DNA of 55,941 nt, counting the filler, from Dirinaria sp. TL-2023a (taxonomy: Eukaryota): NCBI GenBank assembly GCA_051941275.1. It is 4 parts of 4 records of this genome, joined end to end, with 100 filler letters (N's around TTAATTAATTAA, not from the genome) between each part and the next. Parts side by side here need not be neighbours in the genome. Positions count along the whole stretch, not along the records: positions 1 to 13,926 come from JAVEBF010000639.1; 3 more parts are not named here. The stretch is one strand, 5' to 3'. Position numbers and translations under genes: made by a program. Shown piece after piece: positions 1-10,967 of the stretch (the first letter of the stretch is position 1; each line of letters opens with the position of its first letter). The notes under the pieces were generated by a model that worked only from the letters and a program-made list of their open reading frames with translations, did not search any database and was not told the DNA's origin.

Positions 1-585
1 ATACAATTTAAAATGAATAAAGTCGAATTCTCTCCAAACCTTATCCTCCCTAATCAAAACACTATCCATCCATCCCAAAAAACCTTTTTTATGTTAAAAA
101 AATCCCCACACAGTACCGGAAACACAATCATAAATAATTTATCTCCAGAAAGAGATCGATATTATCAATCACAGAACCTCTTTGGATGGGTTTTCATTCG
201 TTTTGGAGAGTTTGTTTATTGGGGGAAAAAGGGGGATTGGGCGAGGGAATGAAGGAGGGTGGGTTCTCAAAGGATATAGACTGGTATAGTTTTTGTTTTT
301 GGGAGTTTAGGGAATAGGATATCTGAGGGTAGAGGAGGAGTGCTTGTATGAGTATCGATGGGAATGGGAATATACTGGGGCTTGGCTGAGGGGAGGTTTT
401 TTTTTTTGTTTTGTTTTTTTTTCCTTGACATGGTTGGCATTGAGTGCTGTGCCTCAGATAAAAGTTGGTGATTGATGGAATACGATTAAAGTTTCAATGT
501 CTCTTTCCATTTCGCGATCAAGCATAGCAAAACCGACGTATGTTGAATACAGACGGCTCCGGGATATCCTCCCCTGAGATCATGT

Positions 586-1397
586 TCACTGTTTTTGGAA
601 AATGAACCCCAACGCACCTATGTGGCTATCTCCACTCGGTTCCTCCACGGTACCTCGAAAGCCGACCAGGATCCCATTCCCCAGCCGCTCGACCCGCTGT
701 TTCACGCCTGCATCATCCCCGAGCTCGAACGGCCGGCCGAGGTTGGTTTTGAACTCGATCTTGTCAACGTACCATCCCGAGCGAGCGTACATGTCGTCGA
801 TGGTCTCCTTGTCGCGGAACGCAAACGCCTTTTGGCCGTCGCGGCTGTTGGACCATCCCACCACCCGGTCGGTTCCGTCCGCCCAGAAGATGCGGAGGCC
901 CGTCACGACCTTGTAGCCCGTGATCCAGCCTTGATACACTGTGAAGCCGATTACCGGGGTGCTGTGGTCCGGTGCAAGAGCCTCGAACGATTCTTTCGGC
1001 GGCCCGCTGTTTTCGCCGCCGAACAGTCGAGTGTATTCGAGATTCGAATCCGCGGTGCATATTTGAGCGACGGACTTGTCCGTGGCTATTGAACAATGTC
1101 AGCGTGACACGAAACGCAGCAGTATGGCGTCTACAGCCAAGGGTGCGGACCAGGTTGAACAACGTGCTGTGCAAGGTTGCTATGATGATAAGGTTCGCTG
1201 TTCGAGACCGGAGCGGGGGTACTGTCAGGCATCAGTTGATACAGACACTACCGTTTCGAGTTCCAGATTTACGCATGAATCCCTTCGGCGTCGACGTGGA
1301 TATCAATGCTCAAAGTCGGAGTTCCGGTTGGAAAGGCCATGCTAAGGGGCATGGACACCAGACAGGTAGCTGCAGAGAGAAACATTGAGAGCTTCAT
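586..1397 (-). CDS. Secreted jacalin-like (beta-prism I) lectin domain protein, ~231 aa, 3 exons (1397-1273, 1221-1151, 1085-586)
   Basis: Spliced reading MKLSMFLSAATCLVSMPLSMAFP (signal-peptide-like)...LFGGENSG...VIGFTVYQGW...VVTGLRIFWADG...SGWYVDKIEFKTNLGRPF...GNGILVGFRG...IGALGFIF matches the jacalin pattern. GT..AG introns 1272-1222 and 1150-1086 have CTGAC/CTGAT branch-like sites and keep frame. Confidence 0.8.
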
Positions 1398-1766
1398 TCT
1401 GGCTGTTGAACTGCCTTTTTCTTCTAGAGCAGACACTGAAAAATGGACAGGAACCTAAAGTCTTGGAAAGAAGAGGAAATGAAGGTGTTCCATCATTCTT
1501 ATGTTTTTTCGCTTGCTCGACCCCCACACCTAATTTCTTGTGTCTAGTGTCTAGTGATGATCGCTTGCATGAACATCGTAACGACTGTACTTGTGGAAGG
1601 CGCTCCAGCCAATGCCAGGACAAGTTGACGATGTGTATCGAGATCTTAAACGATATGGACGGCGTTTTTATACGAACTCCATTGGCGCCCTCCCATTCCT
1701 GCATGCAGGAGAGCACCGAAAATGGAGGTCCCACTAGGGATACACCGTCCTACTCTGCTGCCGGAT

Positions 1767-2270
1767 CAATCTCACTTTGCTGTCCCATCAATCTGATCAC
1801 TAAGTCGATTGAGGCAGGATCGAAACCTGATCGGGAAATATATCGCGAAGTAAATACGTGAAGTAGACAACGCATTTCTTGCCTACATGGGCATTCCCTG
1901 CCACTTGGCCCATTTGTTTCCATCTGCCGCCGTGGTCACGTCGAGTCCAGACCTTCAAGGACAACTCTTGTGGATAATTTCATGAGACCTTTCTTTAAGA
2001 CATAGTCTTCTGTTGGTGTGTGTTTGTTGATGTCTTGCATAATCAGATTTAGCAGGATAATCGCGAAGACCCTCTGCGGAAGACTTCGATTACATGATCG
2101 TTGACACCGAAGAAGTGAAGGCAGATGAGACAGGTGACAAGAAATGCCCATGTAGTCAGAGAACGCCACCTTTACTTCGCGTATTTACTTCGCAATAGAT
2201 TGCTCGATCAGATTTAGATGCTAATCGAAAAGATTTAATAGTCGGAATAATGTGACAGTAAATTAGAGTG
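1767..2270. repeat. Decayed long inverted repeat (foldback), arms ~1767-1990 and ~2040-2270
   Basis: The left arm CTGATCGGGAAATATATCGCGAAGTAAATACGTGAAGTA...CTACATGGGCATT aligns with the reverse complement of the right arm, CTGATCGAGCAATCTATTGCGAAGTAAATACGCGAAGTA...CTACATGGGCATT. The outer limits are approximate. Confidence 0.75.
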
Positions 2271-2532
2271 ACGCGTCCCGTATTGACTTCCTAACAACCA
2301 TTTCTTTCGTAGAGACCGACGATCTCTGATGGAGGGACTCGGCTACACATGTCGCGAGAAAGCGGAAGAAAGCGGAAGCGAAAGACTGCGCCCAGTCCAC
2401 ACTAGTTTAGTGTAGACATTCATAGAAAAAAGCAAAGATTTTGTAAAATTGAAGTTGCCAGATTTAGGAAGGTTTTGGAGGTGAACTGGACCTATATGTG
2501 TGTGTATTGGTGCTCAATTGCCTAAAAAACTA

Positions 2533-3166
2533 GGGAGCACTTATTTGTACCCGTGATCCATATTTGTACCCGCCAAGCCGGAGAAACTCTAGGGTTGTTA
2601 AAGGGTTATCAGTAAATCATTCCATTGAAGGTAATCTTAAGGTACCTTCTGAAGGTCCACACCATAAGGTAAGCCCTGGCCAATGCCACTGGTGGGGCTA
2701 ACTGGAAGTCCCCGGGGAGATCACCCGAGACTATCGCCCGGACATGTCAACTTGCTACCTGGAAAGTAGCTGTGCTCATCAAAGAGCAACTGTAGTCATC
2801 TAGAGAACCCAGAACTTATAGTGTCGTCCTCCGACGCATCAGGATAATTGCGCACACATCTACCTCATCATCTGCATCTGCCTAGGTAATTATGCATAGC
2901 AATGACATATAGAATTCCTTATCTTCTGAAAAACCTTGGGTAGAAAGTACTGCTAAATTCATCGCGCAGACATCACAGAATAAGTCGAAAAAGCATAATT
3001 GCATCTACTGCAGATTATTTTCTGAGAAAATATCTGGGGACTTATCTGGATTATACAGAAATTTTGGGTGTGGTGGAGGTATTTTTACCCGATCAGATTA
3101 GTGTCGGTGGAAAGTTTCTCCTAGCGCGGATACAAATATGGATCACGGGTACAAATAAGTGCTCCC
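2533..3166. mobile_element. Non-autonomous DNA transposon (MITE A), 634 bp
   Basis: Perfect 36-bp TIR GGGAGCACTTATTTGTACCCGTGATCCATATTTGTA at 2533-2568, reverse complement at 3131-3166. Flanks AAAAACTA (2525-2532) and AAGAACTA (3167-3174) look like an 8-bp TSD with one mismatch. No transposase ORF. Confidence 0.85.
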
Positions 3167-3183
3167 AAGAACTAAGGGGACCT

Positions 3184-3637
3184 CTAATCGTACCCGCCAA
3201 GCCGTCAACCCTAAGTAGCTCTCAGGGTTGCTGCAGAGTTATCAGTAAGCACACACAAATGAAAGATTTCCAACATTCACACATCTCCTGCATCTACATC
3301 TTCTTCATCGCTTCAAATCTTGTCTTGTATCTTCTGTATCTACATTTTCTTCATTGCTTCAAATCTTGTCTTGTGAACTGTTCAGATCTGAATACATGAT
3401 CTAATTTTTACTCATGATGAGAATCATCGACAGTACGATCTTGCGAAATGAGATACATCTCAATGTTTCTCTTTTCTGAGCACACATATCTACTCGAATG
3501 ATTTCATGATGATGAAGCAGTTTAGAATTGCAGAAGATATGTGAAGATTGAAAATCTTCCATTTGTGTGTGCTTACTGATAACCCTGCAGCAACCCTGAG
3601 AACTTCTTAGGGTTGGCGGCTTGGCGGGTACGATTAG
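3184..3637. mobile_element. Non-autonomous TIR element (MITE B), ~454 bp, TIRs over 110 bp, related to MITE A
   Basis: CTAATCGTACCCGCCAAGCCG...CTCAGGGTTGCTGCAGAGTTATCAGTAAGCACACACAAATG from 3184 is mirrored up to 3637. It shares GTACCCGCCAAGCCG and GTTATCAGTAA with the subterminal region of MITE A. Confidence 0.8.
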
Positions 3638-3959
3638 CTTTTGTGAGTATTAAATACCGGGGTCTGCTGACTAATTTACAGTCTAACCACTTTCGTCAAA
3701 TAATCTTGGCATTGTGTTAGTGGTGGTGAGGTTTTCTCAGTCTTACAGAAATATTTTGCTTTTTCAACGATGCGGGATCCCAATTCTTCTATCACATCGT
3801 TAGTCATAGCATCTCAACGGTTTCTGAAAGGAATAGAAGGGTAAAGAGGCGGGAACTGTAGTATGCAAAGTGGTCGATAAAATGCCGCTCTGGGTCAGGC
3901 GTAGGTACTCAGGCCGCACGGGGCACCATTAACACTTCAGCTTGATCTAAGAACGAATC

Positions 3960-4820
3960 TTATCCGGTTCGATTTGGGCAGAAGCCGAGACCGCAGAGCC
4001 AGAGACCAGCTTTTGTATGCGCAACTGTGAACATCAGCAAGATCAAGTACCAGAGATTGATCATGGTTCTTGTTCAAAAGCGTTGATGAGGCTGCGCAAT
4101 TTTTGAGAAAAACGAGGGGCGACTGGTCATGAGATCGCAGGCTATTGGTGATAAAAGACTGCGACTGCCTATGTCTCATGTGAAGTGGTCGTAAACGATA
4201 ATCAATCTTCATATAGGTTTTCCGATTCACAAATCCAACTCGCAACACTAAATAACTTAACATGCCAGAGAGAAGAATGAAAAGATATCCTCGCTATTCC
4301 TTTGCAGTTGCACTAGCTACAAGTAGCTACATAACCGATCCCAATGACTCTCCACCAAAGTGCTTTGGAATGACGAAAAATAACGCATGGTCACTTAGCA
4401 ATGCAGCGCAAAGCTCAAGAAGCTTCGAGAGGGAGCTCAATGAAGCTGAAGAGGTTTTTCGTAAACACCTAGAAGCGACAATGTGCTGCAATGACTTAAG
4501 ACCGCACAGTCTTCATATAATGTCGATGCTAAAGTCCTCAGGAAGTGTACACTTTTACCAGTATTGAAAATTCTCTCGGATTTCAACAATGATACTTATG
4601 AGACCCACTTTGTGGTGGACCTGTTTGAGTGAGAAAATAAAATGTAAAAGGAAGGCAAGGTCGTCACTTTGTAGTGATTACAATGATACACGAAATAACG
4701 GCAAGCCAGCATCGGCGATGAAACTCTCTATAGCTTCGCATCGAGATGATATTTGAGTCCGAGCTCCAAGCACCAAAACCGCTCTGACAATTTGGCCAAT
4801 GCCATCGGCATTCCATTGCC
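3960..4820 (+). pseudogene. Possible relic of a TPR-repeat (kinesin-light-chain/NLR-type) gene
   Basis: Fragments in different frames resemble the fungal TPR consensus EAE..F...LE....G.DHP.TL..M..L: WAEAE...IDHGSCSKALMRL (~3975-4115) and LNEAEEVFRKHLEA...RPHSLHIMSML (~4436-4531). Stops and frameshifts interrupt them. Confidence 0.3.
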
Positions 4821-5625
4821 TGAAATGTGTGATTCCACAGCATCGAAGACTGGAACGCGCATACAATTTTGATTGTGTGTGTAGCGCGCACCTTGTTTTG
4901 GAACAGTGTCCGAATTGTTTTGCAACCCCTCGAACCTGCAAGGAGGGAGACCTACTTTGGACCAACAAGAGACGAGAAGGTCGCTGCATCAGGTAAAATT
5001 AAGGTATTGGCGCAGAGACTAGCAGCAGCTGCCGGCTTCCCCCCGCTACGGGAGCGGGTTGCTACATACCTAAATCGGACACTTAAGGTAAGGCATGACG
5101 CATATTTAATGTCCGAATTATCATGCAACCCGCGTGAACCCCTCGGCACCAGACGGTGGCTGGCTGAAACCAAATGGCCATATCAAAGATCGTCCGCGAG
5201 AGATCCACTTGACAGCATAACGGATTCTCGATTAGGTCAAAGCCTAGGGCGCAGGCTGAACCTGAGGACCCCCGCCATGTCCAAATGCAGCGCTGTACGT
5301 GCCTCATGCGGGCTATTACATCAAGTGCTCTTTCGCGTCTAGACGAGAGGCCTCGTCGAGACTCCCCAAATTGAGTGCTTGTCTGACGAGGTGGCTGAGA
5401 TCTCGATCCAGCACGAGAAAGCTGAGAGCTTCCACCTCCAAGCATTGACCGCAGATCACTCTGTGATCAAACGGCATGACCATTTAAATTGCCTGCAGCT
5501 GCCTGAGGACACATATAGAAACTCTTGTCATCGCGTGCTCATGCAGGTTTGCGCGACAAGTCATTTCTGTGGAACTCCTCCAAATCAGCTATACTACGTC
5601 AGCCTTCATACTTCACACCGCAGTA

Positions 5626-6189
5626 ATGGACACGGAAAAAGCTTTTCGCCCAGGCGACTCCTTCCAAGTTCAACCCCGCTGGGTATCCTGCCCCAATTGC
5701 CAAACTGATCAGAAGAAGCAGCACTTTCTCAAGTGTGTCTTTGGCCTCGTTCTCATTGGACTACTCGCCCTGGGCACCTACCACTCATTTCATGCATCGG
5801 GCACCAACTTGTCATCACTCCAGCTTGACCAGCATTACACTACTTCGATCGAAGATCAAGGACATCACGACATGACCATAGTGGTTAAGGAGTCACCATT
5901 TACTGCCTCCGCTCCCTGGGCTTTCACAGCATTCACAAAAAATGGCTGTAAAGGCAATGTCACCAATGTACACGAGAACGGACCTGTCATTCAATGCCAG
6001 CCACTAGATCAACCTTATAACTCGACCTCTGTTCAAGTTCTTGACGACAGCCTCAAGATCTGCTTCTACGAGGACGATGATTGCGAAGGTCGAGTAACGG
6101 AAATCAAAGACCTAGAAATTTGTCGAAATATTCTACAGACAAGTTCATACACGGTAGTTGGGAGGACTATGGCTTGTCAATTGTCATGA
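5626..6189 (+). CDS. Hypothetical single-pass membrane protein, 187 aa, with a Cys-rich extracellular domain
   Basis: First ATG at 5626 within ORF 5569-6189. It has an N-terminal CPNC, one hydrophobic helix (VFGLVLIGLLALGTY) and a C-terminal domain with a twice-repeated F/Y-x4-C-x-G motif (AFTKNGCKG, FYEDDDCEG) and NxS/T sites. Confidence 0.7.
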   Translation: MDTEKAFRPGDSFQVQPRWVSCPNCQTDQKKQHFLKCVFGLVLIGLLALGTYHSFHASGTNLSSLQLDQHYTTSIEDQGHHDMTIVVKESPFTASAPWAFTAFTKNGCKGNVTNVHENGPVIQCQPLDQPYNSTSVQVLDDSLKICFYEDDDCEGRVTEIKDLEICRNILQTSSYTVVGRTMACQLS

Positions 6190-9100
6190 TATTGAAGCCT
6201 GGGGTATTGAGTTTGGCCTTAGAAGATAGGATAGGTCTCACCAACCTGATTTTGGGCTCTGTTGAGGGTCGAAGCGTTTGCGCGGTTGATTTTGCTTTCA
6301 TCATGTGACTGGGGGGTTTTTTTTTTTTTTTTTTGGCAACTGCGAGAAGTGGGGCTGGCGAGAACTCACTTAATCCTTTCCTTTGCTGTGGCTCCCATCA
6401 TGTCAATAATACTCCTTGCAGAAATCGCTACTTAGGAAGGACAAGCCAAAGCGATGCAACGTGATAGGCCAAGCAAGGGACAACATGCAGTCGATGTAGT
6501 AGTGAGCACTGAGATTACATGTTCTATACGCCATCATGTCGTAGAGAGAAAAACGGGTAAAGCAGAGCAGAAAGCTGAAAACCATAGAGTGTAAGGCCAA
6601 GAGATCTGAAGACAAGAAAAAAAGACTCGCGAGCACAGAAAATTCAAGAGGCGAGAAGAGAGAGACAGCAGAATAATTGACTAGGCTGAAAGAACCACCT
6701 TGCGGCTAATGAAGAAGAGGGTCAGTTTAGAGACCGAATCAAAATACATCAACAGAAAGCTACAAGATTAAGACGTGTTGAGAGCCTATTGGCGAAAGCT
6801 ATCTCACTAAAGAATACAATCAAAGCAGACGAATCGATTGAGGTTCGAGAGCATGGCGCTCACACTGTTATCGGGCAATTCTAGGCTAGGCATCGCCATG
6901 TAGCTAAAGGGGTCACCAATGCGTGTACGGTTGTTTTCCTGACTTGCAAAGTGAACTCGCTGTTGCGGCGCAGGAGGCAATGATGCGCGTTGTTGCTGCG
7001 GTTGACGGCCATCCTTATTGTGATTTCCAGCAGGATTTGATTACACGTCAGGTTCTTGTACTACTCAAATTAGGCACCGCGTTTGGTGTTCAATTGCTGT
7101 ACAACTGTTTGGACGGCTGTGTATGGCTCAGGCGGCAGTAAGGTAACTTGCAGAGGCGCTTCAAAACGATCGTATGCCATGGAAATTCGGACAAACATCT
7201 ATCATCTGTAGAAACCACAGTGGTGAGACCGACAGCGGTGGCGTTCCCGGAGGCACTGACGTGAGTCCTTAGGTCGGTTATTGCTTGAAACACCTGCTGA
7301 AGTATTTGATATGTTCTGTGCTCGGTAGAAGCAGCCGTGGAGCAGCGGTAGAGGCAGAGGCGATGGGCTCATCATTGCTAGGTGACTGCTCAGGAGCAGC
7401 AGAAGCGTTGAGGACGGCTTTAGAAGACATGGTGTCGCTAGACCTAATAAAATGATCAACGATGACGATGTGATTCTTGAGCTAATTGCGGATAGACGAT
7501 TTGGTTGGCTCGTCGATGCTACCAATAGTAATGGGCCAAATCTTAGGCTTCGGTATAATGGCAACAACCTAAACGATATGCGGTTACAAAGCTTTGAGCA
7601 GAAGAAGACATGAAAGACCTACAGTCTTGTCCCGAAGGACCGGTACTGAAAAAGCAGCCAATCCCCCCAGAAAACGACTATCAAGAGGTCCACAGAAAAT
7701 TGCCTCTAAAGACAGCCACTGAACAAGCAGCTAAATTCTGAAGCCGAGACCCACGAAAGATCTACATGATTTTGCTCTGAAAGACGTCGGCTGAGTGAGC
7801 AATTAACCTCTGGGAGAAATGATCCACTAGAGATCTGCAGATAGCTGTCTCGAGAGACATCACCCGTGGAAAGTTATCAGAAGCTTTTCAAGAGCGAATC
7901 ACTCTTGCGACTATGTCACACTTTGTCACTCGAAAATCGAGCGTGAAAACGGTCGAACAAAACCTGATCGCTCCAAAAAAAAAAGAAAACAGAAAAAAGA
8001 AGAAAGAAAAGAGACACAGGGAAAGAAGTCAAAGAGGTCTGCACGGAAATACCAGGGATCTTGGGACTCTCTTTATTCTGGTATAGACAATGTACATTAT
8101 CGTGTAAAGCATATGTTTGGCTAAAGCTTACACATGCCCTCAGCTTCTTCCTTGAGTGGATATAGGAATGATTGAGGTCAACTAGTAATTGAACGCTTCT
8201 GGGTAAGGCAGGTTGCGGTCAAAAATCAAAATCGCACAATGCAATATTGAATTGGCTTTCGAGACCCTTGTGTGTTTGAATCGTCATGTTATCACTATTG
8301 CACTACATAGCATTATTTTCGAAGCCTCGAACCGTCTGCATGTCGGACTTTTTGTTGTACAGATGCCCTCCTGGTTATGAAGGCCGCCGGACTTATCGCA
8401 ACTCAGGGTTAGGGTTAGGAGATGACGAAGTCGATTTTGCAATTTCTCTGACACGTCAATAGCGAAAGCCGCGCATCACAGAGTGGACAGTCTTAAATAC
8501 ATTGTGAAGCTTTTGGCATCGGAATCACTCGTCGTTCTGCCTCTTGGTCATAAAAGGCAGTGAACACTGACATGCATGGAGCATGTGTCTCCTACAGCGC
8601 AAAAATACCCCAGCATTGCACTAGCAACTACCGTCCTGGCTATTTTGAGCTCCCCAGTCACTGAAACTGACACACAAATCGAGCCTCTGCTTGCTAAAAG
8701 ACTTCCAAATGCTACTTAACGATCAATTGGGCTTTGATGCTCGATAGATGTAACACCATCTGGAGCCACAAGTGAACGATACCAAGAGATCCACACAACA
8801 AAATGCCAAACGCAGAGACGTAGAGCGCCAATCTGTGCGTCGCATATGCAGAGCGAAATTATCGTACGACTACATCTGCTACAATCCCATCTTTTATATG
8901 GTCGAGCTGGATTGCAATGAGGAGAACTCTTCGAAGGGATCCTCAACTGCGCATTTTTACAGACATTTCTTGAGATATCGCAGGATAATCCGATGAACTC
9001 TTCGATGTCTCAGGTACAAGCAACATTCAAAAAACGCAAAGCTTCTCTTCTTGGGTTTGGTGTTGCATAGAACATGCCCCAAAATTACCGGCTTCTAACG

Positions 9101-10845
9101 AATTCCTTGTCTCTCATCGCGGCTTTCGATGATGTGAGAAAGCCAGGCTTTTCTGGTATCATTCCTTTGAACGTGGCCGGCTTTTCAGCCTACTCCACTA
9201 CAAACCATAGAACATGAGCCCTCGTAAGATCTCAAGGGGCTCCCACTGCCAAAAAACGTCTTTGTGTACCGTCCCCTGGTGGCACGCTCTGTCTTCAACA
9301 CCAAAAGCGCGATTGCTGTTCCCCTGATATTAAGTATCCTCGAGCCCGGACTAGCCTGACAGTTGATACAAGCCTTGGATGGCGAAATAGTACGCCAAAA
9401 GCCAGCCACAGGCTACCGTACGCATTCAGCCAGTGACATCCTACCTGATGCCCTTGCCAATCAGCCACAAGCATAGACTGGCTGATCAGGTCTTAATTAC
9501 CCTGTTCACTCCCTAAGCCCCTCTCCTACAGCGGTCCGATGCGCTTGTCAGGTTGGAGCGGCTCAATCGCGAAAAATCTGCTGCTCTGGGTTCGAGGTTA
9601 GCATTTAAGGTGAGAAGCTACCACCATGGTGATGCAGGATGCCCCTGTCCAATGTGGGGTAAAGCTACGATACACTCAAGCTTCAGGATCATGATTTGCT
9701 GTTTCGTCATCCACACAAGAAAAGATCGTAGCACAGCATAGAATTGGTGATGATTACAATCTTGCTGCGCTAGCTACCTCTTCTGCGGTAGAAAAGGTCG
9801 GCAAAAGTTGCCCTAAGGTCTTGCGATGCTGCTGGTGGATCTTGCTTCAAAAGCTTCCTTCTGCTTTATCAAGAGATTTTCTCCTTCGACTTCCACGACA
9901 CTTGCCGCTGGCAGGACTCCTTCTCATCGCAGAAATCCATTTTTGCCAATGGCTTACATCCTGCTTGATATTTTAGCTCTGGTCTACACCCGCGGACACG
10001 CTACAGCGCAAATATACAGGGTAATATTGGATGAACATGTAACGGGCTGTTGCGGAAAACGAAGGTAGATGACGCTTGTGGCTTCCCCAGAAGACAGTCC
10101 GATCAGCCTCAAACTTGAAACAGCCCCAGCAGCACTAGCTCTCCGCACTTGCTAAAGGAAGCATTAGCGCCGTCACTACAGCAGAAGCGCCCGCCAGGAT
10201 TCAAAGCCTTCATTGATCAACCACGAAGCTCACAGCTAGCTTCAACGGTCAACGACCAGGGCCATTTCCAAACCATGGAAACCCTGTAGCAGCTTCAACC
10301 GCTGTCACCACTAGTGACGGTGAGATCGATCCGCGCCATGACCGCCTGATGATCGGTTCTCCATTCGACAGTTCGCCGGCAATGGTGAGATGACGTGCGA
10401 TGGTAGCTTCGTACCCTCTGATTTTTACGAGAAAACCAGGACCGACTTCGTGGTCATCAAGAAAGTTCTCCTGACGATCGTCGTTCATTTAGTCAGGAAG
10501 TTTACATGATTGAAACACATGATTGAAGCTGGGGAGTGTGCAGACGATGGCAATGTCAAGATCTCAGCTATGACGATTGCAAAAGTCATGAAAGCTCACC
10601 AGATCACTTCGCATGGCGCTACAGCATTTTGGCTCTGATGAGGTCTTTTTGTACTTCTATTGCGTGCACCAGGCACCAAGCGCATATCGCATGAAATCAA
10701 CAATGCACTCATCAGAACAGATCTATGCGATGGTGGTTTGCCGATTTGACTGTGGGGGATAGAACTGGTGTATGTAGTAGTCGATGGCACTGGGAATGCG
10801 CTCAAATGATACCCCAGCCGACTGAGCTCTGAAGAGCGAGCTTTC

Positions 10846-10851
10846 TATAAA
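10846..10851 (+). promoter_or_regulatory. TATA box of the secreted-protein gene at 10968
   Basis: TATAAA 122 nt upstream of the ATG, followed by a CT-rich leader and a CAAAATG start context. Confidence 0.55.
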
Positions 10852-10967
10852 GTCTCCTCGTTGCACGTTCAAATCTTCCAATTCTCATCTCATCCTCGCA
10901 TCTACGCATCTCTACGTTTCATTCCCAACGATCTACAGCTCCACTTGCAACTCATTTCCTATTCAAA

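Noticed and set aside
2533..3637. CRISPR array or autonomous transposon
   Set aside because: The repeats are inverted termini, not spaced direct repeats. The DNA is eukaryotic and has no transposase ORF.
6540..7610. Coiled-coil-like coding relic (VERKTGKAEQKAE...)
   Set aside because: Multiple stops and no recognisable family, so a gene call cannot be supported.
8405..8419. Telomeric repeat AGGGTTAGGGTTAGG
   Set aside because: Only about two units and internal to the contig; not a telomere.
8700..10490. Minus-strand gene starting MNDDRQENF
   Set aside because: The short ORFs could not be joined by credible introns and no motif was recognised.
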